Origin: a virus
Lineage: Duplodnaviria; Caudoviricetes
IMG/VR virus record: IMGVR_UViG_3300026522_000024
Span: 1 to 64,000 of that record
Strand: one strand, 5' to 3'
DNA length: 64,000 nt
Both the position numbers and the translations under genes were made by a program. Below the pieces are notes generated by a model. The model saw only the letters and a program-made list of their open reading frames with translations, was not told where the DNA came from and ran no database searches. Below are positions 9,998 through 20,045 of the stretch, piece by piece; the stretch's first letter is position 1; each line of letters starts with the position of its first letter.

Positions 9998-12867
9998 TGA
10001 CTGTTCTAACCTTCCTCAAATGCTTACATGGAATATTTGACATAAACCTTAAATCAGGAACAGCTCACCATGCCATAATACAGTCTATATACGACAGCTT
10101 TCTTATGGTAGATGGTGATTTGGATTTAATGCGTCTGGAAATGTGTTTATCCACTGCCACTGGTAAGTGGCTGGACTATTGGGGGGACTTCTTCACTGTA
10201 TACCGTAAAAGTGGTGAGGAAGACAGAGACTATTCTAATAGAATCATTCAACATGTAATAAGACCCAAGACCACCATTCCAGCTATTAAGGACTATATTG
10301 TAGAATACCTTAATGAAGAATATCACAAAGAATATACCAGAAAAGATGTTAGCATTAGAGAGCCATGGATGGAATTAGGCAAGTACTCTCATAGAGGAAC
10401 ACTTAGTAATAACTCCAGAATGTTCTCTCAAGATTATTGGACACACGCAGTACTTGATATATCTATACCAGAAAAACTTACTCAAGATTTGATGGATATT
10501 GTATTGTCCGTAAAGGCTGCTGGTGTCAAGATAATTTGGAGTTTCCTGAATTCTTATGATATCATTAAGGGATATGAGGACTCTAATGAAAACTGGGCAG
10601 ACTATGCTAGACATATAGAAATGCAGACTAAGCGTGTAACCTATAGTGGATTGATGCTTAGTAACACAAGTTTTTCAAGAACTTTGTCTGGTAGAAGGGA
10701 AATATGGTTCGAGCGTACCACATCTTACTATTGGTATGCAAAAATGCTAGATAAAGACACAGATGAGTCCATTATTATAACTAAGTTTGACCTCATAGGA
10801 CTGCTAGACTTCTATGAAAAGATGGAAACCTTAGTAGAGACCAAAGACACAGGATTCAAGCCTTCACACAACCCAGATGGTGTATTTGGACCATATAAAT
10901 TCCTTAGTGGTGATTTAACTCAAGAAGAAATCAATACAAAACTCATAAATATAACTTCTGAACTCCTTCAGTCTATAAAGCTGATGGATGATTTTATTAC
11001 CCTTTCTCACCAGAAACAACTGTCCGATAATGGTGTAATGTTTGAGTTTACTGCTACTCATGAAGCATTCAATAGAATACTGGATTCCATAGTTAAGTTC
11101 AAGGAACTCAATCCAGACTACTACAATGCTTTACAACCACCTATTCTTAATGGTGAGCCAGCTATGTGGCTAGTCAAGAGAAATGAAAACTGGCTGTGGG
11201 ATACTCCTACTATGAGTTGGGAGGATTTGATGACTCTGTGGGAACCAGCAGAAGGTCAGTTAGACCATACCCTTCACTCTATAGAGGAATTTGAAAGTCA
11301 GTGGAAGAAAGGCTATATAACCTTTGGTGATGTATATCAACCCCCAATTGTAATAGCAGGGAGTCCTTGGTACTGGACACCAGAACTTGATATGCAGTGG
11401 TTGTGGGATTCAGCTACGCTCACAAATGAAGAACTTGAAGAAATATACAGAAGAAAATACTCTAAGTGGCCAGACCTGGTAGAACTTGAAAAGAAATACA
11501 TAAAAAATCCTGATACTGATTTAAGGTTATCTGATAATGGCACTATTTCAGCACAGAAAAAGATAGTAGTTACCCACTATGATAGTGATTCAGAAAACTC
11601 CTTCAGAGTATCTGATGACGGCGTGATGAGCCATAACAAGCTCATGAGCGGAGAAAAAGCAGTAATAACTACTGAAATTGTTGATAATCCAGACTTCAAA
11701 GGATACCATTATGCTAGTGGTAATAAATCACTCATAGAGATAATTCGTCATGTTAAAGAAAATACACCAACGCTTGGTGACCTCATAGACTTTGAAGAAA
11801 ATAAAGATGGTAATAAGTGGATGTATTCTACCAGAGACGAATGTCAAGCTGTTATCCAAATTGGTGAGCTAGCAATGTGGCTTATCAATATGAATTATAA
11901 GCAGCTATGGAATACTAAAGCTATTACCAATGAAGAAATAATGGACTTCTGGGAAGGCTCAGATAAGCCAGCACCAGCATACTATGAGGCTATACATCTA
12001 GCAGACCCAGTATTATATCAGCCACCAATTGTGAGAGCAGACCACCCATATTACTGGACTACTAGAAGTGATATACCGTGGCTGTGGAACTCTGCTACCC
12101 TTACAAATGAGGAACTGGACGAAATCTACAGAACTAAGTTTATTGAATACCCAGAGTTGTTCCCAGATATAGTACAAGTAACTCCTATATTTACTAAGCA
12201 TCCAGAGAAGGAATTCAGAATGTCTGATAACGGCATTCTCAGCAGCTTAGAGCGTGGGGAAGACATCGAAGAAATAAAAGACCTTGAAAAAGCATTCAGG
12301 TTGTCTGATGATGGTATCATTAGCAATCAAGGTAAAGAGTATAGAACCACAGTGGAATATATAGAGCACCCAGAGGTAGCATTAGATTTGTCTAAGGGGG
12401 GTAAGATAAGTGCTCATCAGAACGAATTACAAGTGACAATGATTAGTCATCCAGAAAACAGCTTTAGGCTGTCTGATGACGGCGTATTCGGACTGAAATC
12501 AGTCAGTGGTGAACTCCCAGAAAGACAAGAAAATATTGTTCCTAATGAAGAATTCAGTAGATACAGCTATATGAGTGGTCAGGAAACAGAAGTAAAACGC
12601 ACTGTAACAGAGATAACCCATGATATATTACCTCTTAGGTATCTAAGTGGTGCTGAAACTACAGTTATTATAACTCCAATTATAACATCCAAACTTGGTT
12701 GGAAGCACTACATGAGTGGTTCTAAGACCATAGAAACACAAAAAGTAGAAATACTGGAAAACACTCCTATGCTGGAAACCTTAATAAAACTTGAAGAAAG
12801 CAACAAAGACGTTCTTTACTCAACTAGAGAAGTGTTACAGTCACCAATTCAGATAATACCTCAGTAG
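9994..12867 (+). CDS. Baseplate wedge protein (gpI/gp7-like N-terminus) with repeated C-terminal motifs
   Basis: TATGKWLDYWGDFF.V.R..GE.D..Y..RI and VKAAGV motifs; follows baseplate J; internal FRLSDDG repeats. Confidence 0.65.
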   Translation: MMTVLTFLKCLHGIFDINLKSGTAHHAIIQSIYDSFLMVDGDLDLMRLEMCLSTATGKWLDYWGDFFTVYRKSGEEDRDYSNRIIQHVIRPKTTIPAIKDYIVEYLNEEYHKEYTRKDVSIREPWMELGKYSHRGTLSNNSRMFSQDYWTHAVLDISIPEKLTQDLMDIVLSVKAAGVKIIWSFLNSYDIIKGYEDSNENWADYARHIEMQTKRVTYSGLMLSNTSFSRTLSGRREIWFERTTSYYWYAKMLDKDTDESIIITKFDLIGLLDFYEKMETLVETKDTGFKPSHNPDGVFGPYKFLSGDLTQEEINTKLINITSELLQSIKLMDDFITLSHQKQLSDNGVMFEFTATHEAFNRILDSIVKFKELNPDYYNALQPPILNGEPAMWLVKRNENWLWDTPTMSWEDLMTLWEPAEGQLDHTLHSIEEFESQWKKGYITFGDVYQPPIVIAGSPWYWTPELDMQWLWDSATLTNEELEEIYRRKYSKWPDLVELEKKYIKNPDTDLRLSDNGTISAQKKIVVTHYDSDSENSFRVSDDGVMSHNKLMSGEKAVITTEIVDNPDFKGYHYASGNKSLIEIIRHVKENTPTLGDLIDFEENKDGNKWMYSTRDECQAVIQIGELAMWLINMNYKQLWNTKAITNEEIMDFWEGSDKPAPAYYEAIHLADPVLYQPPIVRADHPYYWTTRSDIPWLWNSATLTNEELDEIYRTKFIEYPELFPDIVQVTPIFTKHPEKEFRMSDNGILSSLERGEDIEEIKDLEKAFRLSDDGIISNQGKEYRTTVEYIEHPEVALDLSKGGKISAHQNELQVTMISHPENSFRLSDDGVFGLKSVSGELPERQENIVPNEEFSRYSYMSGQETEVKRTVTEITHDILPLRYLSGAETTVIITPIITSKLGWKHYMSGSKTIETQKVEILENTPMLETLIKLEESNKDVLYSTREVLQSPIQIIPQ

Positions 12868-12930
12868 TAACACCTTAGCATTATGCTATAGATACTATAT
12901 TAACAAGTAGCAACAAAAGGAGGAACTAAA

Positions 12931-13494
12931 ATGGCTATTAGATTACCAATAACTACTACCATGGGTCATGTTAGTAGGGCAATCTTATTTCAGCAGATGC
13001 CCTATATTTACTTTGGCTTAGGTAGAACTTCACCATGGGAAGGTGAAACCTATGCCGCTGAACATGGTGGTCTCAATGAAGATGGCTCTGAATTTTCAGC
13101 ACCTCTACCTTCTGTAGAAACTACTGAACTTGATGAACTCATAGGAATGAAGAGAGTAGATACCAAGGCTTTGGTAGTTCCAGATGATGAAGGAACAGTA
13201 GTGTACAGAGACCGTACATGGCGTAAAATTTCAGCAGAAGAGGCAATTCAATTGGCAGCTCACTGGGTTTATATTGAAGCCTCAGTATACTATGATGAAC
13301 TTCCAGCTAGAGCATATCGGCAGATTGGTGTTCATTCAATGGTAAAATTAGCAGATGGAGTACCTGAGAACAAAAGTGTGCTTCTTCCAGAAGACATTGT
13401 TCACCAGGGCATATTGGAAGTACTTGACCAGCGTAAAGTAGTAACTCGCAATGAAGACAGTAGAGACACGTTTTCGATGATAATTGAGTTTTAA
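12931..13494 (+). CDS. Baseplate/virion structural protein
   Basis: YFGLGRTSPW, WVYIE...YRQIG and terminal 'FSMIIEF' resemble Twort-like baseplate proteins; strong RBS. Confidence 0.65.
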   Translation: MAIRLPITTTMGHVSRAILFQQMPYIYFGLGRTSPWEGETYAAEHGGLNEDGSEFSAPLPSVETTELDELIGMKRVDTKALVVPDDEGTVVYRDRTWRKISAEEAIQLAAHWVYIEASVYYDELPARAYRQIGVHSMVKLADGVPENKSVLLPEDIVHQGILEVLDQRKVVTRNEDSRDTFSMIIEF

Positions 13495-13524
13495 TTACAA
13501 AAGAAATAAGGGAGGAAAATAGAA

Positions 13525-16500
13525 ATGGCTAAAAATGAAATTGTCAATCAGTACTATAATCTGTTTGACGAAACAAAGGGCTACACAGAAATTTTGTTTC
13601 GTGCTGGTAAGGTTCTCCAGTCCAAAGAACTTAATGAACTCCAGTCTATTCTTAAAACTCAAATAACTAATGTTGGTAACACGATTCTCACTAATGGGGA
13701 TGTAATCGAAGGATGTCAGCTTGTTATTTCAGATGACCGCAAGCAAGTAACTATGACACGAGGTCGTATTTATCTTGAGGGTAATGTAAGGGACATCCCT
13801 GATACAGTTATTAACATTACAGGAGAAGGTACAGAAGTTATTGGTGCCATACTGCGTAGTCAAGTAATTACCCCAGATGATGATTCTAGTCTTATTGATG
13901 TAGCTACTGGATATGACAACTACGCACAAGATGGTGCTTATCGCATGAAAGAATATGTGGAAATCACCATTAATGAGCCCAATGCTTCTATTATGTACAC
14001 TTTGATAGATGGTGAACAGATTTCTGTCAATAAAAATGAAGACCTAACTCAGCTTGAAAAAATTCAGAATACCCTTGCACGACGTACATTTGATGAAAGT
14101 GGTAATTATAAGGTAATTGGTCTTACTATTTCTGATAAAGTACAGAATAATGAGGACAAAATTTTTATCAATCTGTCTAGTGGCAAGGCTTACATCAAGG
14201 GATATGAAGTACAGAGAGATACTGATTATACTATTCTTCTGGATAGACCAACCACTCTGCGTATTGCAGAAAATGAGCCTAAGACATTCAGGGATGGTAC
14301 CACAAGGTATACTCTTAACAACAATTATATCAATTCAATTAAGAAGCTGATGAGTATCGTAGAAAAATCAGATAACATTACTCGTGGAAGCATAATTGGT
14401 GGTATTGATTATCTTCCATTGGCACCAGCAGTAGAGGTCATATCTGTTACACAAGGCTCTGAAGTTTTTGTTAATGGTACTGATTTCCAGCTTGCTAACG
14501 ATGGAATAGACTGGTCTATTGGCTCTCATGCTCCAGACCCAGGCAGCACATATCAGTGTACTTGGACTTATAACAAAACCATGATAAAAGATACTGATTA
14601 TAAGCTGACCTTGTCTGAAGATAAAACTCTTGGATATATTGATTTCCTTAATGGTGACAAACCCACTAATGGTTCCACATTCCTTGTTAACTATGATTAC
14701 ATGCTTGCACGTATCGATGTTATTTCTTTGGACATGTATGGAAATGTAGTAGTTACTAAGGGTCAGCCTGATATATTGAGAACTGTTAGCACTCCTAACG
14801 TAGATTCTAGTGAGGTATTGCCTATTGGTTCAGTAATGCTTATTCCAATGACTGACACTCCTACTATACTCAACAATAACACTAAGGCACTCACTATGCT
14901 GGATTTGTACAACATCTTAGAGCGTGTAAACGATATTGAGTATAATCAAGCTATTACTGACCTTGACCAAGAGGCAGCAGCAGGAGAAAATGCTACTGAG
15001 TTGATGGGAGTATTTACAGATGGGTTTATTGGTCTTACCAAGTCTGACCCATATCATACTGAGTGGTCTGCTACAATTGACCTCCAGAATGCTGAGTTAA
15101 CTGTACCATTTGTAGCAGAAGTATTTCCACTTGAACCAGACACCGAATCTGATTATTCTGCTAATACTTTTGACAGAATACTCACTAATGGGTGTACAGA
15201 AATCAAGTTGTTGTCTCAAACTTTGGCTACTAATGCATTTAGGGTTAACAGCTACAATGCATTTCCTAAGAGTCCTACGGTGGTTATTAGTCCTAGTGTT
15301 GATAACTGGATTGATGAGAGCACTATTACTGTTCATGGTGGAGTTACCACAAGAGTAGTAACATTCTTGACATGGAGTCAGTATTATGCTTCTAGCTGGT
15401 ATAAGAACCAATCCACTACACAGTCTGCTGTACAAAGTATTATCAATTCAGCTATCACATATATGAGACAGCGTAGCATATCCATTAAAATCTCTAACCT
15501 TGAACCAGAGGTAGATAATGTTGTTGTACTTTTCAATAAACAGCAAATTCAAGTATCACCTACTTCTAGTAGTTATCAGGGTACAAAATCTGGTACTCTA
15601 AAGGCTGATATTAATGGTAATACTGCTGGTAAGTTTGTAGTTCCTGCTAATACTCTGTGTGGTACTGTAGAGGTTAAAGCATACGCAGAAAATACTCCTT
15701 CTCTTAGTGGTACTGCTACTTATACTGCTAATGGTACTAAGAGAGTTATCACTAGGAAGGTTTGGACAGAAAAAGTAAGTCCACGTATTACAGACCCAAT
15801 TGCTCAATCTTTCCAATTTGACATGGACCAATATGTAACTGGTGTGGGTTTGTTCTTCCGTGATAAAAATTTGTCAGAACCTATTACTGTTCAAGTGCGT
15901 AACATGGTAAATGGGTATCCTGGTACCACAGTCTACGCAGAAAAAGTGGTACAACCATCTGCTGTAAAAACTAGCAACAATGGAACTAATGAAACCAAGG
16001 TAGTATTTGACAATCCAGTATACTGCAATGCTAATGAAGCATATTGCTTTACTATACTGAGTGATAGTGATATTGACTCCATATGGATTGCTGAGACTGC
16101 AAAAACTGATATTACTTCTAGGTCTATAGTAAGCAAGAATCCATTCCTCAATGGTACTATGTTCAGTTCCTCTAATGCTATTACTTGGACAGCACACCAG
16201 GCATCAGATGTTAAATTCAATTTATATGGATTGAAATTTAACTCTACTGGTAAGGTTAAATTTAAGGCTATCGAGGATACAAGCCTTGATAGAATTGAGC
16301 TCATGTCAGATGAGAGTATTCCTGCTGGGTGCTCCATACAGTGGCAGTATTCTGTTAACGGTGAAGATTTCCTTCCAATTGAAGCATACAATAGCCGTGA
16401 TTTGTCTGAGCTTGCTGAATCTATTCAGGTACAAGCTATACTTACTGGAACTACAACAACTTCGCCAGCAATTGCTCTGGACAGCCTTATTCTTGTAGGT

Positions 16501-16827
16501 TCTCATAACGAGCAAGAGGGTGTATATGTATCTAAGAATGTTCCTGTAGCTGCTGGATTTAACACTGTTAAAATCGTAGCAGACATCTATCTGCCTACTG
16601 GAACTAATGCTGTACTGTATTTTGCTACCGATATCAGTGGAACTAACTGGCAGACAGTAACTAATACTAATACTGTACAGAAATCGTCTAATTACAAGAC
16701 TTACACTTTTGAACAAACGCTTGGAGACATAGCCTATAATTATCGTGTAAAGGTTGTATTGTCTACAGTAGATAAGGTTAACCGTCCACGAGTACAAAAC
16801 CTCAGAAGCATCATGAAAACTGTATAA
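13525..16827 (+). CDS. Large baseplate/tail protein (DUF4815-like)
   Basis: LFRAGKVLQSKELNELQS; LARRTFDESGNY; GKAYIKGYE; DPIAQSF; SSNAITWTAHQ. Confidence 0.8.
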   Translation: MAKNEIVNQYYNLFDETKGYTEILFRAGKVLQSKELNELQSILKTQITNVGNTILTNGDVIEGCQLVISDDRKQVTMTRGRIYLEGNVRDIPDTVINITGEGTEVIGAILRSQVITPDDDSSLIDVATGYDNYAQDGAYRMKEYVEITINEPNASIMYTLIDGEQISVNKNEDLTQLEKIQNTLARRTFDESGNYKVIGLTISDKVQNNEDKIFINLSSGKAYIKGYEVQRDTDYTILLDRPTTLRIAENEPKTFRDGTTRYTLNNNYINSIKKLMSIVEKSDNITRGSIIGGIDYLPLAPAVEVISVTQGSEVFVNGTDFQLANDGIDWSIGSHAPDPGSTYQCTWTYNKTMIKDTDYKLTLSEDKTLGYIDFLNGDKPTNGSTFLVNYDYMLARIDVISLDMYGNVVVTKGQPDILRTVSTPNVDSSEVLPIGSVMLIPMTDTPTILNNNTKALTMLDLYNILERVNDIEYNQAITDLDQEAAAGENATELMGVFTDGFIGLTKSDPYHTEWSATIDLQNAELTVPFVAEVFPLEPDTESDYSANTFDRILTNGCTEIKLLSQTLATNAFRVNSYNAFPKSPTVVISPSVDNWIDESTITVHGGVTTRVVTFLTWSQYYASSWYKNQSTTQSAVQSIINSAITYMRQRSISIKISNLEPEVDNVVVLFNKQQIQVSPTSSSYQGTKSGTLKADINGNTAGKFVVPANTLCGTVEVKAYAENTPSLSGTATYTANGTKRVITRKVWTEKVSPRITDPIAQSFQFDMDQYVTGVGLFFRDKNLSEPITVQVRNMVNGYPGTTVYAEKVVQPSAVKTSNNGTNETKVVFDNPVYCNANEAYCFTILSDSDIDSIWIAETAKTDITSRSIVSKNPFLNGTMFSSSNAITWTAHQASDVKFNLYGLKFNSTGKVKFKAIEDTSLDRIELMSDESIPAGCSIQWQYSVNGEDFLPIEAYNSRDLSELAESIQVQAILTGTTTTSPAIALDSLILVGSHNEQEGVYVSKNVPVAAGFNTVKIVADIYLPTGTNAVLYFATDISGTNWQTVTNTNTVQKSSNYKTYTFEQTLGDIAYNYRVKVVLSTVDKVNRPRVQNLRSIMKTV

Positions 16828-16838
16828 GGAGAAAAGCC

Positions 16839-17036
16839 ATGTGCGGAATGTTAAATTCTAACAACTGCACTGTGGATAAGGAGTCAGGGGCAGTCATATT
16901 TCATGGCTCCCCTGAACTCAAAGCTATCAATGCTCTACAGAAGCAGATAAAAGATTTACGTGAAGAAAACAAAACCCTCAGTGAAAAGATAGATACTATC
17001 TTATTGCTACTCAAAGGAGGGGAACAAGATGGCTGA
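16839..17036 (+). CDS. Small hypothetical tail-module protein
   Basis: RBS aggag; 'DKESGAVIF' plus coiled coil, typical downstream of DUF4815-like genes. Confidence 0.6.
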   Translation: MCGMLNSNNCTVDKESGAVIFHGSPELKAINALQKQIKDLREENKTLSEKIDTILLLLKGGEQDG

Positions 17037-17256
17037 AAAATGGAAAACTTATGATTCAGCAAGAACCATGACAAATAAGTTCAATAAAGTAGTAGAGGAA
17101 CTTAATACTCATGATAGTAGCATAGAAGAAAACCAAAGGAAAACAGAACAGAGTCTAAACAATAAACTTACCTCAGAGAGAACAAATATTGTCATAGAGA
17201 GTCCTTCCACAGCTGACTTGAATAAGTTGTTAGGGATTGACAATTCTGGAAGGTGA
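17029..17256 (+). CDS. Hypothetical tail-module protein
   Basis: RBS ggagg; N-terminus (W..YD..RTMT.KFN..V.ELN) is paralogous to the next gene. Confidence 0.6.
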   Translation: MAEKWKTYDSARTMTNKFNKVVEELNTHDSSIEENQRKTEQSLNNKLTSERTNIVIESPSTADLNKLLGIDNSGR

Positions 17257-17265
17257 GGTGAGAAC

Positions 17266-18030
17266 ATGTCAGTAGAAAGATGGGACTTAAAAGATACATT
17301 GCGGGTTATGACAGAAAAATTTAACTTAGCAGTGGATGAACTTAATAAATTGGAAAAATCTTCATCAGAAGTTAATTCTGCAACTTCACAAAGATTAGAA
17401 GAACTACAAGAAACATTTAATCAAACAATAACTGAGATACAACAAGAACTTAATCAAAAAATTAGCTCAGTATCATCTGAAGATTTAGGGCTTGACAAAG
17501 TAGATAATACTAGTGACATGGATAAACCAGTATCTATTTTACAGCGTAGAGCCATTGATGAGGCTACAGCAGACTTTGCTAGTACTAGCGAAGTGGCAGA
17601 TGGTGAACTCAATACAGAAAACCTTTATGACCCACAAATATCATTACCAGTTAAGCAGTATATTGAACAAAGACTAACTGAATTGCTGGGAACTCCAGTG
17701 GATTACAGTATAGCTTCTGAGTCTCAATTGGGTGTAGTAAAATCTGGTGGTGACATACAAATAGACCAAAAGTCAGGTAAAATGTATTTATCTGTTTTAT
17801 CTAGTTTATCTCAAACTATAAATAACATACAGTCTAGTTTAACGAATGCTATTGAGTCTTTAGAGTCAAATAATTCTATTACTTCTGAATTAACAAAAAA
17901 TCAGGGTAATATTACAGAATTAGAGACCAATAACAAAGAAAACTTGGTATTAGCCATAAACAGCATGAATAGTGTTATAGATGAAATAGCTGAGAGAGTA
18001 AATGTTCTGGAACGCAAATTAGCAGACTAA
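17266..18030 (+). CDS. Tail fibre-related coiled-coil protein
   Basis: LGLDKVDNTSDMDKPVS and IASESQLGVVK fibre motifs; LETNNKENLVLAIN. Confidence 0.6.
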   Translation: MSVERWDLKDTLRVMTEKFNLAVDELNKLEKSSSEVNSATSQRLEELQETFNQTITEIQQELNQKISSVSSEDLGLDKVDNTSDMDKPVSILQRRAIDEATADFASTSEVADGELNTENLYDPQISLPVKQYIEQRLTELLGTPVDYSIASESQLGVVKSGGDIQIDQKSGKMYLSVLSSLSQTINNIQSSLTNAIESLESNNSITSELTKNQGNITELETNNKENLVLAINSMNSVIDEIAERVNVLERKLAD

Positions 18031-18054
18031 ATATTACAGAAAGGAGGGAGTCAG

Positions 18055-18690
18055 ATGAATATCTCAGCCGAATGGATTATCAATAAAGCTAAGCAACGCA
18101 TATATGCTATTACACACGCTAAAGTAGTAGTCAGAGGCAAAAGTACAGTAGACGCAGACCTGACTGCTATTGAAAATAGATTGACAACCATCGAAGAGAA
18201 TGGAGTGCCAGGAAGTGGAAGTGGTGTTGCTATTAACCTAGCCAGAGCACTGGCTATAGGAGAAGTAACTATACCAACTTATGGTTGGGAAACAGACGAA
18301 AATGGATGCCACTTAGATATTACTAACAGTAGCATAACATCTTCAGTGATTCCCGTGATGGTAATAAACCCTAACTCATATGATTCAGCAAGAAAATGTG
18401 GATTAAAAGGGTACTGCCAGTCTTTTGATGGTTATGTACGGATTCTATCGGATTCTGTACCTAAATCAGCTATCACAGCTAGCTTTGCTCTCATAGGTCA
18501 AAAGGATGAAACTGATGTAAGTGGATTGCCAATGGCTAGTGAGAATACAGCTGGTTTGGTAAAGATAGGAGAAGGCTTTGTCTCAGAAGATGGTGTAATA
18601 TCTGTCGATAAGGATGTTGTAATAACCAAAGACAACATTGCTGATGACGATGAAGCTACTCAAAAACTTATAAACATCCTTAATGGATAA
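18055..18690 (+). CDS. Tail fibre-related protein
   Basis: YAITHAKVV; MASENTAGLVKIG fibre repeat; shares a domain with 19564-20043. Confidence 0.55.
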   Translation: MNISAEWIINKAKQRIYAITHAKVVVRGKSTVDADLTAIENRLTTIEENGVPGSGSGVAINLARALAIGEVTIPTYGWETDENGCHLDITNSSITSSVIPVMVINPNSYDSARKCGLKGYCQSFDGYVRILSDSVPKSAITASFALIGQKDETDVSGLPMASENTAGLVKIGEGFVSEDGVISVDKDVVITKDNIADDDEATQKLINILNG

Positions 18691-18749
18691 ACTAATGAAA
18701 GTCCAGAACGGACAGTAGAAATTTCATTATTTTATAGGAGGTCATTAAA

Positions 18750-19541
18750 ATGGCACTGGAAAAGAAACTCAATACCCAGCTCACAATGGAGCGACTCACA
18801 GAACAACTGAAGCTGAACTTCGCTAAGAAGACAGACCTGCCCACTAAGGTAAGTGACCTTACCAATGATAGTGACTTCCAGACTGGTACACAAGTACAGA
18901 CTGCAATCAATGCTAAGATTGCTAGTGCTTACAAGCCAGCTGGCTCTAAGACTGCTGCTGAGCTCACTAATGCTCTGCTTGTTGCAGCCAATGAAGGCTT
19001 TGTGTACAACATGTCTGAAGGTTTCACAACAACAGCAGACTTCATTGAAGGTGCAGGCAAGACATTCCCTGCTGGTACAGATGTCGCAGTAGTAGTGGAT
19101 ACTCCTGCTGCTGATGAGACACCTGCTACTTACAAGTTCAATGTAATGGCTGGTTTCGTAGATACCTCTGGTCTTATGGACAAGGTATCTTCTGCTAACG
19201 CAGGCAACCTTGTTGGTATGGATGCCAATGGTAATGCTACCAATTCTGGTATCGCAGCTGATGACGTGGTTACTAAGGTTGCTGGTGGTACTACTGGTAA
19301 CATCACAACTCTTACTGCAAACGGCAAAATTCAGGATGGTGGCAAGGCTATTGGTGACCTGGCACTGCGGGATACTTCTGCTACAGCTGGTAACGTGGCT
19401 AAGTTTGATGCTAATGGTGACCCAGTTGATGCTGGTATCGCTGCTGCCAATGTGCTCACAACGGCAGACATCCAGGACTACACAGCTCAGGAATTGTCTG
19501 TGATGCTTGGTATTACTGAGGCAGAACCATCTGGTGAATAA
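18750..19541 (+). CDS. Virion fibre/decoration protein with three 'AGN...DANG...G' repeats
   Basis: PTKVSDLTND; triplicated GNL/GNI/GNV repeats; codon usage looks highly expressed. Confidence 0.55.
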   Translation: MALEKKLNTQLTMERLTEQLKLNFAKKTDLPTKVSDLTNDSDFQTGTQVQTAINAKIASAYKPAGSKTAAELTNALLVAANEGFVYNMSEGFTTTADFIEGAGKTFPAGTDVAVVVDTPAADETPATYKFNVMAGFVDTSGLMDKVSSANAGNLVGMDANGNATNSGIAADDVVTKVAGGTTGNITTLTANGKIQDGGKAIGDLALRDTSATAGNVAKFDANGDPVDAGIAAANVLTTADIQDYTAQELSVMLGITEAEPSGE

Positions 19542-19563
19542 TTGAATAAAGGGGGCAAGCCAC

Positions 19564-20043
19564 ATGGCTAATGATGGTAAGCAAATAAAGCTGCCACTTT
19601 ATTCCTATGGCTTCCCTGCCTTGTGTGCTTTCATTGCTGCTATTAAACAGACAGCAGATGCTGCTGGGAGTGGCGTATTGCAACTGTCACAGGGTATGCA
19701 AGAAAGTTTAGCAGAGATTGAGGCAGCACTGAATGATTTACCCAGTGCTGCCTCTATTACTATTAGCACATCAGGTTGGGTTGAGGATAATGAGGCAACA
19801 CATAGTTATAAATACTACTATGATATAACTTCTGAAGGAACAACAGCAGATGATGTACCAATATTAGGTATTTCTCCTTCATCTATGAGCATAGCTGCAA
19901 CTTGTGGTTTGTGTAGTACTTGTGAGTCTATGGCTGGTAAGGTTAGAATTTACGCAATATCAGTTCCATCTACAAGTATGGTTGCTACTTTAATGGTACT
20001 GCCTGGTAAATCATCTACGAATGATAATGTATCGGAGGGATAA
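19564..20043 (+). CDS. Tail fibre-associated protein
   Basis: ITISTSGW...DIT...CGL...C.S..G.VRI, paralogous to 18055-18690. Confidence 0.55.
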   Translation: MANDGKQIKLPLYSYGFPALCAFIAAIKQTADAAGSGVLQLSQGMQESLAEIEAALNDLPSAASITISTSGWVEDNEATHSYKYYYDITSEGTTADDVPILGISPSSMSIAATCGLCSTCESMAGKVRIYAISVPSTSMVATLMVLPGKSSTNDNVSEG

Positions 20044-20045
20044 TA

